A stretch of DNA of 54,499 nt, from IMG/VR virus record IMGVR_UViG_3300031951_000212, positions 1-54,499 of that record; one strand, written 5' to 3'. The notes under the pieces are model-generated. The model did no database searches, had not been told where the DNA came from, and saw nothing but the letters and a program-made list of their open reading frames with translations. This document shows positions 47,576 through 54,499 of this stretch, piece after piece. Source of the DNA: a virus (taxonomy: Duplodnaviria; Caudoviricetes). The stretch's first letter is position 1. Each line of letters begins with the position of its first letter. The position numbers were made by a program, and so were the translations under genes.

Positions 47576-49027
47576 TTAGAGGTATAAACGACCGTTGTCT
47601 TGAGCGACATTGGCAGTTCCAAGACCAGAAACGATGATAGTATGGTAGTATAAGTTAGCACCGAAGATATGATCAACAACACCGTAACGAGTCATAAGAC
47701 CTACTCTTGGCGAGAAGTCGTTAGGACCAATTGTGCGCTGGATCATAACTGGGATGTATGGGCAATATACAATACCTGTATCATAGTATTCTGTTCCTTT
47801 GTAACCTAAAAGAGCGTACTCCAAAGCTGCATTTCGCTGTCCGGCAAGATACTGAGCGTCTGTACGTGTGTCGCGGTAAACGGTGAAACGTCCACCCAAT
47901 GTACCAACTTTGGCAACGCCTGTTGGCTGGGTGTTAATGTTTCCGTTTACTGGCATCCACTGAAACTCGGGCAACATCTCAAGGATTGCGCAAACGCGAG
48001 GTGTAGCGATAATGAAATTAGCACTACCACGGCGGTTACGAATTGCGATGCGGTTAGCTTCGACAATTACCTTTGAGTAGAAGTCACGGTTTCTCTCACC
48101 CAACCAACGTGCGTCGGCTGACTGAGCGTACCAGAACGAGTATCCTGTTCCTTTACCAGCATTGAGACAGACTTGAATCATTCTGATAACCATTTCACGG
48201 TCGATTTCGGCCTGAATTTCATACGACATAGCGTTTGTTAATTCAGAGTCGATATCTAAACCATTCATGTTCTTCAAGTCTTGTTCGAGTTCAACAGACC
48301 AGCGAGCGGCGAGGCGGCGTGTACCGGCTTCGACTGCTGTCTTGCTGAATTCTACAGTAACTTGAGGAATGTTACCAGTCAACTCGAAATCTTTGAGCAT
48401 AGCAGCAACACCACGATCAGAACCAATGATTGAAAAATCATTATGGCCTGATAAGAATGTTGAGCTTGTTCCTGTGAATCGAGTATCCAAGTATTGATAG
48501 CCTAATTCGGCGTTGTCGGATTCTCTGCGGTCAAGACCGTTAGAACCAGATGTAGTGGAACCTGTGGCATAACCATCAAGTCCATTTGCACCGAGACTAT
48601 CTGCCTCATAGCGATAACGGAGAGCGAAAGCTAAACCGACTGGGCCACTCATTGGCTGTACGCCAACAATCTCATTTGTGATAAGCTCAGGGAAAGTTCT
48701 GCGAACCATTGGGATAAGAATCTTAGGTAAGCGAGAGTCTCCTGTTGCATATCTATCACCGGAAACCACATTGCCGTTGTTGCCGTAGATGTCTCCAGAT
48801 GCAGGGGATCCGAAAACCCCACCAGCACCAGCGACATTACTACCGGCTTCTTCAATACACCAGCGTTCTTGGTTTTCCATGAGGATTGCAGTAGTTAAAC
48901 GAGCATGTTCGTCTTCGATTGCAGAAACCTTATCGGAACTGTAATTGAGGACTGGTGCCCATTTTTCTACAAGCTGTTGGGCGCGTGAGCGATCAATGTA
49001 GCCTGTTGATGGATTAACTTTTCTCAT
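47576..49027 (-). CDS. gp23: Major capsid protein gp23
   Basis: LVEKWAPVL, LMENQE, GVQPMSGPVGLAFALR, SVELEQDLK, EIQAEIDRE, YCPYIP, MTRYG; AGGAG Shine-Dalgarno at 49036-49040. Confidence 0.97.
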   Translation of the reverse strand: MRKVNPSTGYIDRSRAQQLVEKWAPVLNYSSDKVSAIEDEHARLTTAILMENQERWCIEEAGSNVAGAGGVFGSPASGDIYGNNGNVVSGDRYATGDSRLPKILIPMVRRTFPELITNEIVGVQPMSGPVGLAFALRYRYEADSLGANGLDGYATGSTTSGSNGLDRRESDNAELGYQYLDTRFTGTSSTFLSGHNDFSIIGSDRGVAAMLKDFELTGNIPQVTVEFSKTAVEAGTRRLAARWSVELEQDLKNMNGLDIDSELTNAMSYEIQAEIDREMVIRMIQVCLNAGKGTGYSFWYAQSADARWLGERNRDFYSKVIVEANRIAIRNRRGSANFIIATPRVCAILEMLPEFQWMPVNGNINTQPTGVAKVGTLGGRFTVYRDTRTDAQYLAGQRNAALEYALLGYKGTEYYDTGIVYCPYIPVMIQRTIGPNDFSPRVGLMTRYGVVDHIFGANLYYHTIIVSGLGTANVAQDNGRLYL

Positions 49028-49067
49028 AATTTGTTCTCCTATGGATAGAATACGAATTAAAAAGGAA

Positions 49068-49964
49068 TTACTTCCTCATTAATTCATTCAGATATTCGTT
49101 AACAGGACCAAAGTCGCTGTCGATATTTGTAGCGGATTCTGTTACAACTTTTTGTGGAATAACTTTAGCATCACGGCTTACAGCCTTTTGCTTTGCTTCT
49201 TTCACAAGTTCAGTTGTAGCTTCTGATTCGCTACGTTCGAACATCTCAACAACATAGTTAAAATTCTCTTCAATATAAGAACCGTTCTTGTCGTTCAATA
49301 ACTTGAATATAAAGTCTTTTTTGACTGATGGCATTCCTTTAGTTTTTTCTTCTAAAAGGATATGTGATTCCATCTTATTAATCTTTTCTAAGAGAGTTTC
49401 ATTCTCTTTATAAGATTCATTCAATTTTTCCGAGAGTTCATCAATTTTTGTTTTACCAACGCTAATTGATTCTTTGATTGATGAATCAACAAAATCTCTG
49501 TCGATTCCAACCAACTCACGGATAGTATCAAGCTGTTTACGAGCATATGTGTTCGCAACAGCTTCTTCTAATTGTGTCTCTGGTAAAATTTTTTCCAGAT
49601 ACAAGTCCAAATAAGTGCTGACCTTTTCAACAATATTATTTGTAAAATCTTCGGCTTTTTCTGATAAAGCCTTTTTATAGAAACTAGAAATCATTTCTAA
49701 TTTTTGTGTATGATTTTCTGTAATGGCTTCAACAACTTTTTGTAATTTATCAGAATGGTCGCTGTCAATAGCTTCCAATAATTTTTCTAATTTACTAGCA
49801 TGATCATCATCTTGTTTTGAAAGAGCACTTTCAACTTCCAATTTTGTTCTTGATTCTACTTTTTCGTTTACAGCAGCTTCAAATGCTTCTGTGATTGCTT
49901 TTGCTGTTTCTTGATCGATTACGCTTTCATCGATTTGTTTAAGTATTTCAGAAAAATCTTTCAT
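49068..49964 (-). CDS. gp22: Prohead core scaffolding protein gp22
   Basis: EAFEAAVNEKV, VSTYLD, acidic coiled coil; immediately upstream of gp23. Confidence 0.85.
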   Translation of the reverse strand: MKDFSEILKQIDESVIDQETAKAITEAFEAAVNEKVESRTKLEVESALSKQDDDHASKLEKLLEAIDSDHSDKLQKVVEAITENHTQKLEMISSFYKKALSEKAEDFTNNIVEKVSTYLDLYLEKILPETQLEEAVANTYARKQLDTIRELVGIDRDFVDSSIKESISVGKTKIDELSEKLNESYKENETLLEKINKMESHILLEEKTKGMPSVKKDFIFKLLNDKNGSYIEENFNYVVEMFERSESEATTELVKEAKQKAVSRDAKVIPQKVVTESATNIDSDFGPVNEYLNELMRK

Positions 49965-50003
49965 GTTATATATTATTATTTACCTTTCTTTGATTACAAA
50001 TCA

Positions 50004-50222
50004 TTACATTTTTTCTTTTTTAAAAACATCGGATGATTTTTCTTTTTTATCATCGCACTTTTCTTTTTTCTTCTTGTTCTTTGAAGAAACTTTTTCGTAT
50101 GTTTTCTTAATCTTTTGTTTTGTTTTTTCCTCAACGATTTTTTGCAAATCTTTATTTGCATCGGAAAATTTGTCTTCACAAAGATTTGTTAAAAATTTAG
50201 AGATGAGTTTTTTTAATTCCAT
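50004..50222 (-). CDS. Small prohead core protein (gp67-like)
   Basis: LISKFL..L.EDKFSDA...L..IVEEK pattern and position in the head module; TAAATA 7 nt upstream. Confidence 0.5.
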   Translation of the reverse strand: MELKKLISKFLTNLCEDKFSDANKDLQKIVEEKTKQKIKKTYEKVSSKNKKKKEKCDDKKEKSSDVFKKEKM

Positions 50223-50253
50223 ATAGTATTATTTATCTAATTAAATTTACAAA

Positions 50254-50925
50254 TTAAATAGTTTTTAATTTATTAATAAAATCAATTAAACACTCTTTTA
50301 AATATTGCTTCGAATTATGCTTAGGAAGATTTGAAATCTTCTTTTCAAAATTTTCATAAAATGGTTCTAATTCACCATTGTCACTTAAAACCCATTGCTT
50401 TGATTCTAATATACCATTTACAAATGCAGTTGGAACAGATGGGTCAGCAACAACATCAATTGCTACCAATCTAAAATCAGAAACCATTCCAACGCCACTC
50501 TTATTTGGTTCTACTCTACCAAGTGCTCTCGAAGAAACTCCAAGTTTAACACCGTCCATAATAAGTGATCTAACGATCTGTCCCATTGGGGTTGAAAGGA
50601 TTTTTGATGTTCCTTCAAAAATGTCGCCATTTTGTTTTAATTCTGTAACTAAATGACAAGCTCTTTCCAAATTAACTTCTGGTGAAGTTGGATGATTTAA
50701 TTCACCAGTTGCTCTATTGTTTACAATCATTTCAGAAGTATAACGATTAACTTCTTCAACCATTTGTTCTAGTGGGTAGACCCTGTTGTTTCTATTTGGT
50801 TTGTTTGCCATTAAGAATGGTCCTTTTACCTTTAATGTTGATGGAGCATTCCTATTTTGCTCCTCAACCAAATATTTTAATTCGTAACAAGGTGATTCGA
50901 CTAATAGATTATAAACATTGCTCAT
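50254..50925 (-). CDS. gp21: Prohead protease gp21
   Basis: NRNNRVYP, GELNHP, TPMGQIV, GVSSRALG, DVVADPS motifs. Confidence 0.95.
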   Translation of the reverse strand: MSNVYNLLVESPCYELKYLVEEQNRNAPSTLKVKGPFLMANKPNRNNRVYPLEQMVEEVNRYTSEMIVNNRATGELNHPTSPEVNLERACHLVTELKQNGDIFEGTSKILSTPMGQIVRSLIMDGVKLGVSSRALGRVEPNKSGVGMVSDFRLVAIDVVADPSVPTAFVNGILESKQWVLSDNGELEPFYENFEKKISNLPKHNSKQYLKECLIDFINKLKTI

Positions 50926-50959
50926 ATATGATGCTAATAATTACTTACACGGTACAATA

Positions 50960-51418
50960 TCAATTTAAATGTTTTTCATTTAAAATTATAAAAATATATC
51001 CCTTTCTTCCGCACCAATCTTTTGCTGCTGCCCATTTTGCACAATTTATTGCATATGTATAATTCTCATACAGAATAGTTTTTTGTTTTTTCTTTGCTGA
51101 TATAGTTGGTGGTTTAGTTTGTCTTTCTGGTTTTACTTCTATTAATAATTTTTTTATTTCTCCATCTTTTGATTTTAGTTTTGCAACAAGATCAACAAAA
51201 TATCTATGTGTTTTCCCGTCTTTAGGAGACACATAAGGTATTACAACTGATTCAGAAGACCAATTTAATACGTTTGGATTATTATCCAAATAACGAAAAG
51301 CTTTTAGTTCCAATGAACTTCTATATACTATAGCACCTCTACCAATATATTTATTTTTATTTTTTGGTTGATAAATTCCTTGTGTAAAATTTGGATTTTT
51401 TCTTGTGAATTTATTCAT
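50960..51418 (-). CDS. gp4: Head completion nuclease gp4
   Basis: P.NK.KY.G...IVYRSSLE, WSSE...IPYVSP.DG..HRYFVD, IEVKP..QT, N.AKW.AA motifs. Confidence 0.92.
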   Translation of the reverse strand: MNKFTRKNPNFTQGIYQPKNKNKYIGRGAIVYRSSLELKAFRYLDNNPNVLNWSSESVVIPYVSPKDGKTHRYFVDLVAKLKSKDGEIKKLLIEVKPERQTKPPTISAKKKQKTILYENYTYAINCAKWAAAKDWCGRKGYIFIILNEKHLN

Positions 51419-52305
51419 TAGCCAATAAAGAATCTTGTTGGAGAACGATCTACCATATCGCTCATCAATTCTTTTTCAAGCTCGTCTTTTTCTTTTTCAC
51501 CTTGTCGTAACAAATCAGCAGCATTAACTGTTTGTCCTCCAAATAAATTTGTTCCAGAATATTTTCCACGAACATGTCCGATTGTTATTTTTGTCAATGC
51601 CAAAGTATAACGATATACCCAAAGTTGGGACACCAAATATTTTATTGGTTTTTGCATTTTACAGCCAATCAAACCAAAATACGTTTGTGCTTTACTTGGT
51701 TCTGGAATAATTTTTAAAATTTGTGTATCTGGATCAAATCTTAAATATGGTGTAAGTGCCAACATTTTTTCTCTTGTATCCAGCCAGTTTTTTAGTGCAT
51801 ACCAAGTAACTAAATCATATCCAACATTACCAAGTAAGTGTCCGAAATATGCCTGTTGAGCAATCGTGTGTTCAATTGTGAAAAGAGTATTGACACCAGA
51901 ATTATTTCCTTCATTGAAAGAAAATACATCAATAACTCTTCTGTAATCATCCATGTCAAAATCAACACCACCACTTAAATTTGGCATTAAACTATCTGGA
52001 TTTGAATTAAACATTTCGGGTGAAGTGTTAAACAATCTTCCAATTGGAAGACCATATCCACTGATATATAAATCTGATCTAAAAATTAAATACTCTTCTG
52101 TTTCTCCTGCAAATTTTGTAAAATATTCAATAGCAATATCAATTAATTCATAAATCTGTTCACTGCTTATTTCAATTTGAACAAGAGGCTCTCCCAAGGT
52201 TCTCCTAATTCTTTGTGCCAAGTGATCATAACTTTTAATCTGTGAATTAAAAGTAGTACTACCATGAAAAGAATTAGGTAAAACGGGTTGGGTTGGATAA
52301 GACAT
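51418..52305 (-). CDS. gp13: Neck protein gp13-like
   Basis: IRRTLGEPLVQIEIS.EQ, WV.RY.LAL.K..G..RGKY...GG.TVN, terminal FFIG. Confidence 0.85.
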   Translation of the reverse strand: MSYPTQPVLPNSFHGSTTFNSQIKSYDHLAQRIRRTLGEPLVQIEISSEQIYELIDIAIEYFTKFAGETEEYLIFRSDLYISGYGLPIGRLFNTSPEMFNSNPDSLMPNLSGGVDFDMDDYRRVIDVFSFNEGNNSGVNTLFTIEHTIAQQAYFGHLLGNVGYDLVTWYALKNWLDTREKMLALTPYLRFDPDTQILKIIPEPSKAQTYFGLIGCKMQKPIKYLVSQLWVYRYTLALTKITIGHVRGKYSGTNLFGGQTVNAADLLRQGEKEKDELEKELMSDMVDRSPTRFFIG

Positions 52306-52314
52306 ATATTATAT

Positions 52315-54498
52315 TTATATGTTATTAGTATGTGGAATTAATTTACTTGCTTTCTGAACACCTTCGTTAATAACTTTTTGGTTGTTGATAATTTGTTGTA
52401 ATGTTCCAGTGGTTCCAAATTCTAGAATATTTCTACCTGTTGTGATAGTATCAGAATATAATAAAACAGTTCCAGAAACATTAACTCTAGCATAGATAGT
52501 TCCAGAATATGTTACTCCTTGTACTATACTTCCATATTTAAATCTACTAATAGTTCCAGTTAATGTTTCTCCAGCATTATTGTTGGCATCTCTGTCACCT
52601 TCTGATGGATAAAATGTAAAGGATGTAATACCACCCAATATGTATTCACTGTCCAAGTTATTCGCACGTATTTTAACATCGTCTGAATATGTTGTTCCGT
52701 TTACTGCTGAAATGGCACCTGTTGATGCAAATATAATTTCTTCTGATAATCCAGATGATTTTAAAGTTAATAAATTTGAAGAACTACTGTAGTTTAATAA
52801 TGTACTTGCTGTTGCATCAAGTGTTACATTTTTATTAATTGTAATTGATCCAAATGCTTTACTATAAAATGGAACATAATCAATACCAACCGGAGTAGTA
52901 GTCCAATAATTTAAATAATTGTAAATTTTTTCCGATGTATCCAAGTTTAAGTATGTTGAAACAGTTTGAGCATTTGAAGTAACAAATGTGTCCGGTGTAT
53001 AATTTGGAGATATTGTAATCGTTGCTCCAACACTCGGATTAACAACAAAACTATCTTGGATGAATTGATATCCGTAATTTGCAATCTGATATGTCCATGT
53101 TCCTGTCGCATCAGATGGTAATATTATTGCACCATCTGTATTTTGATAATATTGCCTTGCCCCTGTATTATCGTAGATAGCCAAATAACCGCCTTGTAAT
53201 GTAACGTTGAGAATAGTTGGAATGAAATCAGCAATTTCTGCATCAAGAGCGTTAGCAATAGTTGAATTTGTTTTCTTAATTGTAACGATACCAGAACCAT
53301 CATTTTGAACGGTATCCATCGTACAATCTGTATATTCAATGGTTGTATTAGAATTTGTATTATAAGCTAATGTTCCTTCCATATATATACCAGACAAGCT
53401 AACCGGTGTTGCTTGATAGACGTTACCGTAAATGTCTATTTCTCCAATTGTTGAACCACTGGAAAGATAAATGTTACCGGTTGTCTTTAATCCAATAAAA
53501 TTATTACCACTCGAAAGTAACGGAGTTTTGATTGTTAATGTACTAGATGCACTCGCATAAGCAAATCCAGTAGACGCTGAATTATCAATTACAATATTTT
53601 TAGAACCAAAATCTAATATATTACCATCTCTTGTATAAAGATCGGTATAAGCTGTTAATGATGGATTAGTAACCGACCAGTAGTTTGATGCATCATAAAC
53701 ATAATCGAGATTGTTGATTGTGGATATAGCTGATACTTGATTTTCTGTTAAAGTTGTTAAAGTGTTTACAGTTCTATTTGGTAATGTCTCATCAAAATTA
53801 AATCCATAATGCCTACATTTTGGATTAATAGGGTTAAATGCTAACCCATCTAAATATACTCTAGCATTCGTAGATGATGTTTGACTATATAGAGTCATTA
53901 TAATGTTTCCTTCTACAGCAGGAGTTACCGTTAAATCAAATTTTTGCCAAACATCTGGCGTTGGAGAGCAACTAAAAGTGCGGGTAACTGTAGAAGTATT
54001 TACGCTGTCATTGAATGTTATATAAGGCAATGTATTTGTGCCATAAGAAGACGTATATCTTATATAACCAACAAATCTTTTTGGTATATTAATATTAGAA
54101 GATATATTTTCTTTAAAGTAATGCTCAGTATTAGTTACTAATGTTGAAATTTCATATGACGCCAATCCTCTATTTCTCATTCCATAATTTCCACTCAAAT
54201 TGTAGAAACTGTTCATTCTTTCATTGACCAATGGATTTCTATTCTTAGAATATGTATTAACGACTAAATCCTTCGAACCTCTATTACCATCTTTATTATA
54301 AGAAAAAGTCACACTCGACAATGAACAGTTTCTAATTTCATGTGTACCAGAAGTTGCCGCTGAACCACCGACAATATAGTTTGCGGAGGGCACACCAAAC
54401 ATTTGAATAGTGCAATTATCAAAAAGATTATATTGAACAAAGCTACCAACTTGAACAAATATTGCCTGTTGATTAAAAGTGCCTAATTGTCTAAGGTG
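52315..54498 (-). CDS. Large beta-rich virion protein (tailspike/fibre-like); 5'-partial
   Basis: Frame stays open from 54402 to the window end; S/T/N-rich, with a CBM-like WQKFDLTVTP...VYLDG segment. Confidence 0.7.
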   Translation of the reverse strand, partial: HLRQLGTFNQQAIFVQVGSFVQYNLFDNCTIQMFGVPSANYIVGGSAATSGTHEIRNCSLSSVTFSYNKDGNRGSKDLVVNTYSKNRNPLVNERMNSFYNLSGNYGMRNRGLASYEISTLVTNTEHYFKENISSNINIPKRFVGYIRYTSSYGTNTLPYITFNDSVNTSTVTRTFSCSPTPDVWQKFDLTVTPAVEGNIIMTLYSQTSSTNARVYLDGLAFNPINPKCRHYGFNFDETLPNRTVNTLTTLTENQVSAISTINNLDYVYDASNYWSVTNPSLTAYTDLYTRDGNILDFGSKNIVIDNSASTGFAYASASSTLTIKTPLLSSGNNFIGLKTTGNIYLSSGSTIGEIDIYGNVYQATPVSLSGIYMEGTLAYNTNSNTTIEYTDCTMDTVQNDGSGIVTIKKTNSTIANALDAEIADFIPTILNVTLQGGYLAIYDNTGARQYYQNTDGAIILPSDATGTWTYQIANYGYQFIQDSFVVNPSVGATITISPNYTPDTFVTSNAQTVSTYLNLDTSEKIYNYLNYWTTTPVGIDYVPFYSKAFGSITINKNVTLDATASTLLNYSSSSNLLTLKSSGLSEEIIFASTGAISAVNGTTYSDDVKIRANNLDSEYILGGITSFTFYPSEGDRDANNNAGETLTGTISRFKYGSIVQGVTYSGTIYARVNVSGTVLLYSDTITTGRNILEFGTTGTLQQIINNQKVINEGVQKASKLIPHTNNI

Positions 54499-54499
54499 A

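Noticed and set aside
50960-51418. TnsA transposase / Tn7-like element
   Set aside because: Motifs and head-module context fit T4 gp4, which shares the fold; no TnsB/TnsC or transposon ends were seen.
1-54499. Stop-codon reassignment, introns or inteins in core genes
   Set aside because: Core genes are intact at expected lengths under the standard code and coding density is high.

Overview
A 54.5-kb segment of a large, AT-rich T4-like (myovirus) phage genome. Left end (1-~4.5 kb): an early/accessory block on the minus strand. It holds an rIIA-like GHKL gene running off the window (missing from the ORF track), a DUF1281/YubB-like gene, an HhH 8-oxoG-type DNA glycosylase and small hypotheticals. 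This block carries about 14 exact copies of a TGTAAGACA element. Two copies form 22-bp direct repeats placed exactly at stop/start junctions. The block ends in a promoter, a palindrome, a 10-bp-phased tandem array and an AT-rich tract (4.5-4.95 kb) that together look origin-like. The rest is mostly late/virion genes: tail fibres (RCC1, Gly-rich), very large vWA/LamG/PKD/NHL proteins, three paralogous small proteins (two Cys-rich), gp6, gp25, a gp44-like clamp loader, a probable gp16, gp23, gp22, a gp67-like protein, gp21, gp4 and gp13. Many late genes have a TAAATA box 5-8 nt before the start codon, and several sigma70-type promoters end 6 nt before an ATG, which suggests widespread leaderless translation. 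No tRNA, rRNA, CRISPR array, integrase or reverse transcriptase was seen. All product calls come from motif recognition by eye, not database searches.
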